A DNA stretch of 64,000 nt from Candidatus Levyibacteriota bacterium (GCA_016182185.1 JACOXU010000003.1:57974-121973), one strand, 5' to 3'; shown: positions 18,050 to 27,656, counted from the first letter of the stretch. Program-made: numbers and translations. The notes: generated by a model not told the origin, from the sequence alone.

Positions 18050-18903
18050 TTTAAATTGATAGGTCCTAAAGGAATCTTATCATCCGGATCGTTTATAAAA
18101 AAGTACAAAACTGCGCCTTTTCTTGGACCCTCGGATAAACCCAGAAAATGCATCACCTCAGGGGATCCTCCCAAATGCTTTCCCGTCCAAACCGCAGGCC
18201 CGGCATCGGCAATGTCTGAAACTACACTTTGGCCGGTCAATGGATTTACAATTAGCATTTTTCTATATTTGAAAAAATCTCTGTATTCCCTAAGTCTTTT
18301 ATTGTAATCCAAAGCTGCAAAAGTCTGAACCGCAATATACCATCTTTCCTTTTCTATATCCGCCGGGGTTAACTCCCCTTTTGAATTGGCAAAGTATCCC
18401 CATGCTCCTCTGCCTGGCGCCATACCGGACGAGTAAAATAAATTACTGTTTATGATCGACGTAAAATGTGTAGCCATGTTGTCGCCCGGATATCTGATAA
18501 GATGCTGCTCTGCTCCTATAACTCCATAGGTTCTATTGAGACGAAGTCCGTTAATAGCGGGCATTACGTCCATACCAAAAAACTCTGATAATTTGGCAGA
18601 GATAGTTGCCTCTTCTTCGGGATTTAACGGCCTGACATTCTGTGGAATAATTGAATTTAATTCTTTTAGAAATGTTTCAACTTTATTTTTTTCTTCAATT
18701 AAGGGCGGAGGAGTTTGAGTTGTGGCCGCAGCAAGAGCGGTAGCTGGATTAAGGCTTGAAGACAGAAGAATTAGGCTTGCGGCACCTGCTGACAATTTAT
18801 TCAGAGCTTCTCTATGCTTTTCCTCAAATTTACTCCGAATACTTTTATGCCTCTTTCCCCATTCTTTTTTTAGAAGTTTATAATGGGAATTTCCTAGATC
18901 CAT
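18046..18903 (-). CDS. hypothetical secreted protein, possibly with an RlpA-like double-psi beta-barrel domain
   Basis: MLIVNPLTGQSVVSDIADAGP...GGSPEVMHFLGL resembles a DPBB/RlpA C-terminal pattern. Weak. Confidence 0.4.
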   Translation of the reverse strand: MDLGNSHYKLLKKEWGKRHKSIRSKFEEKHREALNKLSAGAASLILLSSSLNPATALAAATTQTPPPLIEEKNKVETFLKELNSIIPQNVRPLNPEEEATISAKLSEFFGMDVMPAINGLRLNRTYGVIGAEQHLIRYPGDNMATHFTSIINSNLFYSSGMAPGRGAWGYFANSKGELTPADIEKERWYIAVQTFAALDYNKRLREYRDFFKYRKMLIVNPLTGQSVVSDIADAGPAVWTGKHLGGSPEVMHFLGLSEGPRKGAVLYFFINDPDDKIPLGPINLK

Positions 18904-18959
18904 TTATTAAATTATACCAAAACATAAACATATAGATATATTTAATTTAAATGTATCTT

Positions 18960-19211
18960 TCAAGTATGTCTCATGAGTCTTCCTATATATATCAGAGCTG
19001 CTGATCCCAATACTGCTACTACAAGACTGTATATGTTAAAACCCATAATTCCCGGCTGTCCAAATAAACCAAAAATTAATCCTCCAACAACTGCTCCTGC
19101 AATTCCGAAGAAAAGATCTTCAAGAAATCCCTGCTTGGCATTAGTCCGCATCATCACAGATGCTATCCAACCAGCCAGTGCGCCTAAAATAATCCAAAGT
19201 ATAAGTCCCAT
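18960..19211 (-). CDS. GlsB/YeaQ/YmgE family stress-response membrane protein
   Basis: LILWIILGALAGWIASVMM...GIAGAVVGGLIFGLFG matches the family consensus. Confidence 0.8.
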   Translation of the reverse strand: MGLILWIILGALAGWIASVMMRTNAKQGFLEDLFFGIAGAVVGGLIFGLFGQPGIMGFNIYSLVVAVLGSAALIYIGRLMRHT

Positions 19212-19260
19212 GTAAAAAATATCACCTCCCTCTTTATTCTTTCATTCTTTATGAAATCTT

Positions 19261-19779
19261 TTATATTATTCTTATCTGATCTACATTGAATCTTTGGAAA
19301 ATTTCCTTAATATTCTGGGTATCATTTTCAGAATGAGCAGGAACCGCCAATAGAACAGCTCCCTCTTTTATTTTCTTCTGATATTCCCTGGCAACCTCTT
19401 CAGGAAGTCCCAAACCAACAAGCGCTCCTACTAATCCTCCAGCCAAAACACCTGTCGCGGCACCTGAGATAGTCGTTGCCGCTGCTCCTGTAAGGCCTAG
19501 TGCGGCGGCGATTGGTCCTCCGACTAAAATCGCACCTACTCCAGGCAAAATAATCGCGCCAAGACCAACCAACAGTCCTGCCAGGCCTCCTAGTAATAAA
19601 CCTGCGCTTGCACCAAGAGCCGCATCTGTGACGACTGCCCCTCCTTTTGCACCCATGATTCCTTTTTCTTCTTTGATAACAATAGAAATATCTTTGGTAT
19701 TATAACCACTTCTTTCAAGTTCTATTATTGCCAAGTTAGCATTATGTCTTTCATTAAAAATTCCGATGAGAGTTTGCAT
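19261..19779 (-). CDS. glycine-zipper membrane protein (general-stress-protein/DUF1269-like)
   Basis: N-terminal YflT-like segment (IGIFNERHNANLAIIELERSGY) followed by long GxxxG/GA repeats. Confidence 0.5.
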   Translation of the reverse strand: MQTLIGIFNERHNANLAIIELERSGYNTKDISIVIKEEKGIMGAKGGAVVTDAALGASAGLLLGGLAGLLVGLGAIILPGVGAILVGGPIAAALGLTGAAATTISGAATGVLAGGLVGALVGLGLPEEVAREYQKKIKEGAVLLAVPAHSENDTQNIKEIFQRFNVDQIRII

Positions 19780-20054
19780 ATTTGTTCCCTTCTATTTAAC
19801 CGGTGCTGTCAATACATCCCAAAAACTATAAATAAACGTTCTTTTTAAAACACCACTTAGGTAATTTTTAACTTTTACTTCAAACATCTTTACTCCTGTT
19901 AAAAGGAGTGCTGCGTTTATCCTTCCTATTGACTGTATGCTTATATTTGTAGAGCTTATACTTATACTTTTCATAATTATGTATAAAATATAGAAAAGAA
20001 ATATGATACAAAAAGAAAATTAACGTAAGAAAAATGTAAAATTTACTTCGAGAT

Positions 20055-20099
20055 TTTAATAAAAATAGCGGGTAATCTTCATGCCCTAGATTACCCGCT
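20055..20099 (-). terminator. Rho-independent terminator (12-bp perfect stem AGCGGGTAATCT...AGATTACCCGCT followed by a T-run on the minus strand)
   Basis: Hairpin at 20067..20099 with ATTTTTATT immediately 3' on the minus strand. Sits 30 nt downstream of the small acidic ORF. Confidence 0.55.
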
Positions 20100-20127
20100 A
20101 AACGGAGGCCCTTCTATAAAGTTTGTC

Positions 20128-20292
20128 ATCTTTCTAGATCTTCCTCATCGATGTCCCCCGAGTCACTTTCTACACCGACGTTTTCCTCCATATCCTCTCC
20201 TCTGTAAGATGCCTGACCGCCCTTTGTTTGATCATCTTCCATTTCTTCGTGTTCCTCGTCTCCTCTTTTCTTTTTGTCTTGTGCCACTTTTT
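20128..20292 (-). CDS. small acidic protein (55 aa, GTG start)
   Basis: Strong SD AGGAGGTG 7 nt before the GTG. Asp/Glu-rich product. Followed by a terminator. Not in the ORF track because it is under 60 aa. Confidence 0.45.
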
Positions 20293-20381
20293 ATCACCTC
20301 CTCTCTATAACCAGGCAATAATAAAGTTCGGCAGTAAATAACAAACGATAAAATTGTAAGAGTTGGGGAAGGAATAGAAGA

Positions 20382-21044
20382 TTAATCTTTTATAACGTAT
20401 CCAAAACCGCGAATTGAAGATATTAATTTTTTAGAACTATTGCTGTCTATTTTTTTACGAAGGTATCCTACATATACATCTACAACCCTGCTGTCAACAT
20501 CTAAGGAATATTGCCATACTCTATTTAGAATCATCTCTCGGGTAAGCACCTTACCTTTATTAACAAGTAAATAATGTAAAAGTTTAAATTCATGCGGTGT
20601 GAGAAATATTTGAATTCCATTTCTTGTTACAACGATTGATTTAGGATCAAGAATTAAATCATCTGCTTGAAGCTTCTTGTCTTGTTTATCTTTAAGCTTG
20701 ACTCTTACTCTCGCCAAAAGCTCTTCAAGTTCAAACGGCTTGGCGATATAATCATCTGCTCCCAAGTTAAATCCCCTGACGACATCTATTGACTGATTTC
20801 TTGCAGTAAGAATAATTACAGGAATATCGGGATAAAGTTTTTTCACTTCCTTCAAGACTGCCTCTCCTGTAATCTTTGGCAACCCTAGGTCAAGAATAAT
20901 AAGATCAGGCTGATTTTTTTTGGTTGATTGCAGTGCCTCTGCTCCATCCTCTGCTGTCTCAACATAATAATGACCATCAGACAAAAAATCTTTAATAGTC
21001 TCCCTTATTGTTTTATCGTCCTCAGCAATTAGAATTTTTTTCAT
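20382..21044 (-). CDS. OmpR-family response regulator (REC + winged-helix DNA-binding domain)
   Basis: MKKILIAEDDKTIRE..., phospho-acceptor LIILDLGLP, and a C-terminal trans_reg_C (VLTREMILNRVW...VYVGYLRKKI). Confidence 0.85.
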   Translation of the reverse strand: MKKILIAEDDKTIRETIKDFLSDGHYYVETAEDGAEALQSTKKNQPDLIILDLGLPKITGEAVLKEVKKLYPDIPVIILTARNQSIDVVRGFNLGADDYIAKPFELEELLARVRVKLKDKQDKKLQADDLILDPKSIVVTRNGIQIFLTPHEFKLLHYLLVNKGKVLTREMILNRVWQYSLDVDSRVVDVYVGYLRKKIDSNSSKKLISSIRGFGYVIKD

Positions 21045-21079
21045 ATCAATTTAGCATAAGGCTCGCATATTATACCAAA

Positions 21080-21451
21080 TTACGATATGTTCTTCCTGAT
21101 AGCTTCAAATAAGATTTCTCTTTGAAAGGGCTTTGGAATGAATTCATTTACCGCTAGTTTCTCCGCCATGAGCTTTGCCTGCATACTTGCCGATATCAAA
21201 AGTATTGGTAATTTATCTCCGGCAATTGATCGTAATTTACTGACAATCTCCGCTGCATTTTCTCCCGGCAGAAAATAATCCAATATTACAATATCGGGTT
21301 CATCTTCTTTTGCTTTTTCAATTGCATCTTTTCCGTTTGTAAAAATTTTAACTTCGTAGTCTTCTTCTCTTATCATTTCTTCCATCACCTGTAAGATTGA
21401 GGTATCATCATCGATAATAAATACTTTATTTTTACCTAGGAAATCATTCAC
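21080..21451 (-). CDS. single-domain response regulator (REC)
   Basis: IIDDDTSILQ...IVILDYFLPGENA...KPF. Confidence 0.8.
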   Translation of the reverse strand: MNDFLGKNKVFIIDDDTSILQVMEEMIREEDYEVKIFTNGKDAIEKAKEDEPDIVILDYFLPGENAAEIVSKLRSIAGDKLPILLISASMQAKLMAEKLAVNEFIPKPFQREILFEAIRKNIS

Positions 21452-21590
21452 ACCCTAGTCTAGTTCCCGCTTACAAATATTTTTGTAATATAAGTGTAAG
21501 AAAAAGGTAAGAGCCATATTCCCTTTCAAAAAATAGTATTTGATTTAAATTATTTTTTGATTAAAATAGACTAGTCTATTAATCCAGGAC

Positions 21591-22787
21591 ATGGTATATT
21601 TTGATATGATGAAATCAATTTTACCTTTTGGAAAAATTGGGATTAAAAATAAAAAAACTTTCTATCGATTTTTACTGGACCATATACTCGCAGTTGTCTT
21701 GCCTCTAGCAGGTCTTGTTCTTGCAATGCAAATTGGTCCTCCCTTTACAACCAGCGCATCATATCTTTTTTTCGCGCCTCTTGTTGCCCTAAGTGCATGG
21801 AATGGCGGGGTAAGTGCCGGGACTCTCTCAACTATTATTGGGGCAGCTGCAATGTATTACTTCTTTTTATCCCCGGAAAAATCTCCTTTAGTATTTGATC
21901 TTTATGATGTTATTCAAATTATTTTAGTAATAATAGAAGGTACCTTTATAAGTTTTCTTATAGACATTGGAAAAAGAAAAGATAAAACACTTGAGTACAA
22001 AAAACTAATTAGAGAGCTCCGTATGGAAGTAGTAAATCTTGAAGAGGAGAGTAAAAAACGTTTAAATGAACTTAGATCGCGGGACGAATTTATTTCTATT
22101 GCTTCTCATGAGCTCAAGACCCCCCTCACATCGATGCTTCTTCAAACACAAACGGCTCTTCATAATATCCGCAATGTTTCACTTGCGCATTTCTCTATTG
22201 AAAGTCTTCTCAAAATGCTTGAAAGTGTTGAAGATCAAACAAAAAGACTTTCAAAAATGATTAATGATTTGCTTTCTGTTTCTGTAGTCGCAACCAGAAA
22301 AATTAATCTTGAATATGAAAAAATTGATTTTAATAAGTTGGTGGAGAACGTTTTGAACGACTTCTCTGAGCGAATAAGACGCGAAAATTATGTAGTAATT
22401 TATGATGCAAAAGAAAAGATCACTGGTAATTGGGATAAGATAAGAATAGCGCAGGCAATTTCAAACTTAATTTCAAACGCAATTAAATATGGCGATCACA
22501 AGCCAATTCAAATAAAGTTAAGAAAAAATCGAAGCTTTGCAGAGTTTATCATAAAAGACGAGGGCATTGGGATCTCCAAACAAAATCAGAAATACATATT
22601 TGATCTTTTCCGAAGGGGCATTTCCAATAATCAATACAAGGGTTTGGGAGTCGGACTTTATATATCAAAGGAGATAATCAAAGCGCATGGGGGAAAAATC
22701 GAAGTAACAAGTAAGTTAGCTAAGGGAACAAAATTTACAATTAAACTTCCACTTGGAAAATTGCAACAAAGCCCTGAGAATAATTGA
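21591..22787 (+). CDS. membrane sensor histidine kinase (HisKA + HATPase_c)
   Basis: H-box SHELKTPLTS, N/G boxes NLISNAIKYG...GLGVGLYISKEII, and N-terminal TM helices. Confidence 0.8.
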   Translation: MVYFDMMKSILPFGKIGIKNKKTFYRFLLDHILAVVLPLAGLVLAMQIGPPFTTSASYLFFAPLVALSAWNGGVSAGTLSTIIGAAAMYYFFLSPEKSPLVFDLYDVIQIILVIIEGTFISFLIDIGKRKDKTLEYKKLIRELRMEVVNLEEESKKRLNELRSRDEFISIASHELKTPLTSMLLQTQTALHNIRNVSLAHFSIESLLKMLESVEDQTKRLSKMINDLLSVSVVATRKINLEYEKIDFNKLVENVLNDFSERIRRENYVVIYDAKEKITGNWDKIRIAQAISNLISNAIKYGDHKPIQIKLRKNRSFAEFIIKDEGIGISKQNQKYIFDLFRRGISNNQYKGLGVGLYISKEIIKAHGGKIEVTSKLAKGTKFTIKLPLGKLQQSPENN

Positions 22788-22799
22788 CATAAATTCTCC

Positions 22800-23050
22800 T
22801 CCAAAAACAAACACCCTGCTTATTTTCAAAGGAAAAGAGAGAAGAAATAATGAAAGGTAACGATGACCAGCTTGATTCAGACGCAATTGCCTGAGTAGCA
22901 GTCAAGGAAACCTGACAAAATTTTGTGAGCCTTCTCTCCTGGTAAATGTAATGGGAATAAGTTTGCATTGGAGTCTCCTTTCGGATTAACATGGCTGTTA
23001 ATTGATCCGCCAAACGCAGAGATTTGAGAGGGGGAACTCTCACACCTGCA
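22800..23050. repeat. conserved AT-rich arm (3' side of cargo gene), copy 2; homologous to 7291..7510
   Basis: See copy 1. Ends GAGAGGGGGAACTCTCACACCTGC, immediately followed by the stop codon of the fbp-like gene. Confidence 0.6.
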
Positions 23051-24281
23051 CTAGCGGGGTTGTTGCTCCGTCTCGGGCGGAGGAGGTGAACCTGCAGGTA
23101 CAGGTTGCACCCTTGTGGTAGAAGCCGCTTCCTCATCGGATAGTGGCGTCCATCGGTCGGCGAGCTTTTTGGCAACGTCCGGCATGGTTGTGTATTCCAT
23201 CTCCTCCAAGGGAAGACGGTGGGGTTCGAATGGTCCGTGCTTACGCAGGTAGTCGGCGATATCGTTGGCCTCCTGGCGGACGTTGTCAAAACCCGGGTCG
23301 TCGAACATGTCGTTCGGGCCAATAAGCTTGCCGTTTGCAAGCTGAAATCCCAGCGACACGAGTCGCGGCGGGCCGTCGAAGCGGCTCGGGTGTGCGTCTT
23401 TCAAGCCAACAGGCATAAGCGGCCCATGGTGGGATCCGCGCATCCAGCCCTCAACTGTCCACGCAGTGGTGAACGGTTCGAGCACTTCGCCCACAGCCGG
23501 GAAATTTCCCTGACAGCGAACGATCATGGTCGGGTCGTCCTTGCCAACGTAGCGGCCGGCAATCATGGACAACTTGTCCGTGCTGGAACACGCAGCGATC
23601 TCACCGGAGTCACGATGGCGCACGCGCTTTACGGCGTAACGCTGTCCAGAACCGATGAAGACGAGCATGTCGTAGATCTCATCCGGCGCGTTAAGCGTGA
23701 CCTGCAGGTGCTCCTTGACGTCCTGGACTTCGAAGGAAAACCCTCCATGGAGTGGCGCTCCGATAACGAGCCCCGGCGTGTTGAACGGATCCGCGAACAT
23801 CTTGTAGAGCGGCAGGTTGAAAGCTCCGGCTGAGGTCTTGTCGCCCATGAAGACGATGATTGGCTCTGACGGCCGCTCGTCGATCTCCATTTCGGCCGAA
23901 CCGGGACCTGCTCCCTTGATGTTACCGCTGAATGCGTCCGTCAGAAGGTCCTGGCCTGCGCCGTAAAGCTTGAGCTTCTTGGCCAGTTCCGTACCCTTGA
24001 CAAACGTGTCCCACGCCAACTTGTGGATCTCTGTGTTGTTCTCGCCACGATCGTGAGTCATGATGAGAAACATGTCGTCTCCACAGTGGCTGACGTGACA
24101 ATCGACAAGAACTCCGGCCTGCTTTGCCTTCTCCAGCTCTTCACGACCGAGGTCGAGAATATCCGGATGAGACGAGCAGTGGCCGACCATTCCGCCGATA
24201 TCCGCTTTTATGACAGAAATTGTAACCAAAATTCCTCCTTGTTAGCTTTTGAATGGTGTAGATGTAAGAGTTCCCCCCGCC
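23026..24281 (-). mobile_element. GC-rich cassette-like island 2, bounded by the same inverted repeats as island 1 (putative; mobility unproven)
   Basis: GGGGGAACTCT at 23031..23041 and AGAGTTCCCCCC at 24267..24278. Cargo GC is about 60%. Confidence 0.4.
23051..24229 (-). CDS. fbp: fructose-1,6-bisphosphate aldolase/phosphatase (class V FBPase, archaeal-type bifunctional)
   Basis: N-terminal MVTISVIKADIGG and internal YKMFADPFNTPGLV, WMRGSHHGPLMPV, RFDGPPRL and EMEYTT are signature motifs of FBP aldolase/phosphatase. AAGGAGG lies 5 nt upstream of the ATG. Confidence 0.85.
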   Translation of the reverse strand: MVTISVIKADIGGMVGHCSSHPDILDLGREELEKAKQAGVLVDCHVSHCGDDMFLIMTHDRGENNTEIHKLAWDTFVKGTELAKKLKLYGAGQDLLTDAFSGNIKGAGPGSAEMEIDERPSEPIIVFMGDKTSAGAFNLPLYKMFADPFNTPGLVIGAPLHGGFSFEVQDVKEHLQVTLNAPDEIYDMLVFIGSGQRYAVKRVRHRDSGEIAACSSTDKLSMIAGRYVGKDDPTMIVRCQGNFPAVGEVLEPFTTAWTVEGWMRGSHHGPLMPVGLKDAHPSRFDGPPRLVSLGFQLANGKLIGPNDMFDDPGFDNVRQEANDIADYLRKHGPFEPHRLPLEEMEYTTMPDVAKKLADRWTPLSDEEAASTTRVQPVPAGSPPPPETEQQPR

Positions 24282-24432
24282 ACTCGATAAACTTTATCAA
24301 AAGACGGGGAAAACCCTACTCTACCCAATTCATTTTCCAACTTATTCCATTACTTTTTAATGTGCAAAATGTTTACACCTTTTTGTACCAGCGATATAGA
24401 TACAGAAGATGAAAAACAAAATATTATAACAT
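24266..24432 (-). promoter_or_regulatory. conserved upstream arm/leader of island 2 (TGTTATAAT, dyad TTGATAAAGTTTATCGA, inverted repeat)
   Basis: Homologous to 8381..8556. Confidence 0.45.
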
Positions 24433-24450
24433 ATGATTTCACTTAGAAGA

Positions 24451-25428
24451 TTATTTTCTCTGAAAATAGTCGTAGGCGGCCTTGGAGACTTGAGCAATTA
24501 TTTCATTTGCTTCAAGTATTTTTTTAGTTTTTGTAAGAACTACTATTATATAATCTCCCCGACTAGTATAAACAATCCCTGCGTCATGCGAATATTCTCC
24601 CAACTCTCCAGTTTTATGGGCAACTATAGAATTTTGCGGTAAATATTTAGGAAGCTTACTGTTTAATTGTTGATTTTTTAAAAGCGCAAGCATTTCTATT
24701 GTGTTTTCATTTAGGTTTTTATTATCTTTATAAAGTTTTTCCAAAAATAAAGCCGTATCATATGCACTTGTAGTCGGCGATCCTCCTACTGTCCCTATTT
24801 TTGATTCATTGAGACCTTCAAGATTTAAATAAGAAGTGACACTTGAAAGTCTTATCTTTTCCGTAAGTAAAAGCGCCGAATAATTATCAGAAATTGTAAT
24901 CATCCGTCTTAGGGCTTCGCCCACCGGAAGCGTGATTTCCCCTTCTGTCAGCTCTGCGGATTCTGTGGCAATCTTAAATTTCTCATTCAGGACTTCAATT
25001 TTTTCTGTAAGCACATCTGTTTTTTTAAGCCTGCCTTCTTCAATCTGCTCAAAGACGACAGACATTATCCAGAGTTTATAAAGACTGGCGGTTTCGAACA
25101 ATTTATGCTCATTGAATGAATAATTTTCATTGGTTTTAAGATTAATAACAACCACGCTATAATCCCCTGCTTTATTTTTTAAAATATTATTTATAATAGT
25201 GTTAAGTTGATTTCCACGACCAAAGGTATCACGAAATGGAATACTTGAGAAAATTAAAGGATTTGCAAGCGGAGATATCAAGGGAGAATTGGTAAATTTT
25301 CCCAAAAAAGCAAAGAATAAGAAAAATAAAGAAATAAAAACTACAAATATAAAACTTATAAGACGGATTAATTTTTTTCCTGCACTTCTCTCACGTCTGA
25401 GACGGTAGACATACTGGTCATGCTGCAT
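24451..25428 (-). CDS. serine hydrolase, class A beta-lactamase / penicillin-binding-protein-like
   Basis: SxxK (TASLYK), SDN (ISDNYSA) and KTG (AHKTGE) motifs in the correct order. N-terminal TM. Confidence 0.65.
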   Translation of the reverse strand: MQHDQYVYRLRRERSAGKKLIRLISFIFVVFISLFFLFFAFLGKFTNSPLISPLANPLIFSSIPFRDTFGRGNQLNTIINNILKNKAGDYSVVVINLKTNENYSFNEHKLFETASLYKLWIMSVVFEQIEEGRLKKTDVLTEKIEVLNEKFKIATESAELTEGEITLPVGEALRRMITISDNYSALLLTEKIRLSSVTSYLNLEGLNESKIGTVGGSPTTSAYDTALFLEKLYKDNKNLNENTIEMLALLKNQQLNSKLPKYLPQNSIVAHKTGELGEYSHDAGIVYTSRGDYIIVVLTKTKKILEANEIIAQVSKAAYDYFQRK

Positions 25429-25488
25429 ACGAAATTGAAACTGCGTTATTGAAGATTATAGCAGATCACCTAAGATACTAGATTGAAA

Positions 25489-26028
25489 CTAGGCTGCTTT
25501 TTCAAGATTCTGGAACGCGCCGCTATTTGCCAGCAGTCTCAGATGCATCCAGCGCTCAACTTCTTCAGGCCTTAATCCTTCTGAGCCTAATGATTTTCTA
25601 TTTAAGCTTCGGTATTCCTCTAATAACTCTTCCGGGTTTGCTAATTCTTGTGCTACAACATTGCGATGATTTTGATATAATTTTTCTCTCTCAGCAAGTA
25701 AACCCTCTCTTTGGCCTTTTATAAACAAACCGTACTCAGCCATGTCTGTAAGCTCTCGTTTTCTTTTCACTTCTTCGGGCTCAAGATCACTTTCATATTG
25801 TTTTTGAGTCAATTTTCTAAACTCTTCTGAAAGATGCGCGTATTTGTCGCTTAAAGATTCTGGTGCAGCTGCGCTTTCAGTCGTTTGAACCGGCTGTACG
25901 GGCCCAATGCCTGGTGCTTGTGTTGTTGATATTGGTTCTGGAACAGGTGTTGGTGCAGTTGTTACTGCTTGTTCTGAACTTTGAACTGTAGGCGCTGTCG
26001 GTTCTGGACTGGTTATCGTATCTATCAT
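25489..26028 (-). CDS. hypothetical protein (Pro/Thr-rich N-terminus)
   Basis: 179-aa ORF at the distal end of the pilus gene string. Confidence 0.45.
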   Translation of the reverse strand: MIDTITSPEPTAPTVQSSEQAVTTAPTPVPEPISTTQAPGIGPVQPVQTTESAAAPESLSDKYAHLSEEFRKLTQKQYESDLEPEEVKRKRELTDMAEYGLFIKGQREGLLAEREKLYQNHRNVVAQELANPEELLEEYRSLNRKSLGSEGLRPEEVERWMHLRLLANSGAFQNLEKAA

Positions 26029-26053
26029 CTAAACACCTCCCTTCTCTAGATAA

Positions 26054-27178
26054 TTATTCTCTACCGGTTGTAATTATTATATCAAAATTTTCAATTGTTT
26101 GGTTTTTCAAAACATCGGGCTTGGAAGATATCTCATTTACAGCACCGTTAATTTCGCTTTGCATCTCATCGGAAACTCCATTTTTATATTGAATGACGGT
26201 AATTTCTTTTATCGCATCTGTATTGCCGGTTTCAATTTCAAGATATCCTAAATCTGCAAGTACACTTTCGATCGTCCCTGCCTGCCCCTCAATACCTGAG
26301 CCGTTCAGAATCTGAATCTTTACAGTTTCTCGAGTCAAGGATACAGAGCTGCTTGCTGAATTCAGAGCATTTTCAATGTCAGGAGAAAGAGTTGGAGTTG
26401 CTGTCGGCATGGCGGTTAAAGAAGCACTGTCGGTTGCCGAAGTATTTTTCCCTCCTCCAAATGGATTGTTGATAATTCCTAAACTTATTAATGTGTATGA
26501 TAACGCACCTATCAAAATAGCAACTGAAATAATAAGCATTAGATATTGCTTGATTGATTGATGGGGTTTCAATTCCTCATCTTCCTCATCTTCATCTGGT
26601 GCATCTTCAACTGCCTCCATTTCGTTTTCAAGCGAAAGAAAATTTCCGACTTCAAGTGCCTTTGACTCTTTTCTTATCTCATTAAGAAGCGCTTGGGACA
26701 ATTCGTTATTAACCGAACTATTAGTAAAAAGCGTTACGGAAGCAACAATCGGAACGCCGAATCCGTTTTGACTAAAAATACCTACAACAGACTCATAGAA
26801 ACTTCTATTTGTAGCAAAGATAATTTCGTCTTTACCCATAGGAATGGTTTTTATAACAACTCGGAATTTTGCAAGTGGAAGAGATTTTATGAATTCTTCC
26901 TCGCTCTTCTCTTTTTCTCGGGTTTTGATTTTGGAGATTACCTTTGAGTAAACGAGATTACTTGAAAGAATCATAATAACATCTTTTTTTTCTTTCTCGG
27001 TAAATTGCGCCAGGAAACCTGCTATCAGACTCTCAAATTTTTTTTCATTTAATATTTCCTGGTATGAAGAAATTTCAGAAGGAAATGTGAGTTTTAAGAA
27101 TTCTTTTCTTTTGGTTTTATAAAAGACAAGACCGTTTTGGGTAAGAAAAACTACAATCTTTTTACTAAAAAGACCCAT
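26054..27178 (-). CDS. bitopic membrane protein with C-terminal LytR_C-like domain
   Basis: Central TM (LMLIISVAILIGALSYTLISL). The C-terminus VKIQILNGSGIEGQAGTIESVLADLGY...ITVIQYKNG resembles LytR_C. Confidence 0.5.
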   Translation of the reverse strand: MGLFSKKIVVFLTQNGLVFYKTKRKEFLKLTFPSEISSYQEILNEKKFESLIAGFLAQFTEKEKKDVIMILSSNLVYSKVISKIKTREKEKSEEEFIKSLPLAKFRVVIKTIPMGKDEIIFATNRSFYESVVGIFSQNGFGVPIVASVTLFTNSSVNNELSQALLNEIRKESKALEVGNFLSLENEMEAVEDAPDEDEEDEELKPHQSIKQYLMLIISVAILIGALSYTLISLGIINNPFGGGKNTSATDSASLTAMPTATPTLSPDIENALNSASSSVSLTRETVKIQILNGSGIEGQAGTIESVLADLGYLEIETGNTDAIKEITVIQYKNGVSDEMQSEINGAVNEISSKPDVLKNQTIENFDIIITTGRE

Positions 27179-27224
27179 ATATTAAATGTAGCATTTCCAG
27201 AAAAAAAATCAAAGAGGAATATAT

Positions 27225-27656
27225 TTACCTTGAGGCAGAGATATTTGGTGACCCTTCAGTACCGCAAGCTTTTACTGTAACAAGACCGGCAGCATTTACC
27301 ACAACAGAATATCCTGTTAAAGCAGCTGTGCCATTACTCGGATCTAATGGAATAGAATTGAGATAATTAGCAAGAGCACCGCTAAGATCTACACAGCCAT
27401 TAGTAGCTCCTACGTTGCAGCCACCTGTTGCAATAGCGCAATTAGCAGCTGTAGGTTCAGTACCGATCTGTTTTTCGACCATGCCGGCCGTAAGGCCAGA
27501 AGGAAGAGCACCAGCATTGTCTACGATTGAGGCATGAATGGCAGTCAAGATACTTTGAGTATCAGAAACTCTCTTGGCATCTCTTGTATCCTCGAGTCTT
27601 TGGGCAGGATTTAAGGCTACAAAGACCACGACTGCCAAAACTGCGATAATTGCCAT
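27225..27656 (-). CDS. type IV pilin-like protein lacking a prepilin leader (paralog A)
   Basis: Starts MAIIAVLAVVVFVALNPAQRLEDTRDAKRVSDTQ, corresponding to pilin helix residues ~7 onward. The first ~110 nt of coding sequence are identical to paralog B. Confidence 0.6.
   Translation of the reverse strand: MAIIAVLAVVVFVALNPAQRLEDTRDAKRVSDTQSILTAIHASIVDNAGALPSGLTAGMVEKQIGTEPTAANCAIATGGCNVGATNGCVDLSGALANYLNSIPLDPSNGTAALTGYSVVVNAAGLVTVKACGTEGSPNISASR

Noticed and set aside
19792-19974. 60-aa minus-strand ORF downstream of the Gly-zipper gene
   Set aside because: Low-complexity, no RBS or promoter context. Likely intergenic.
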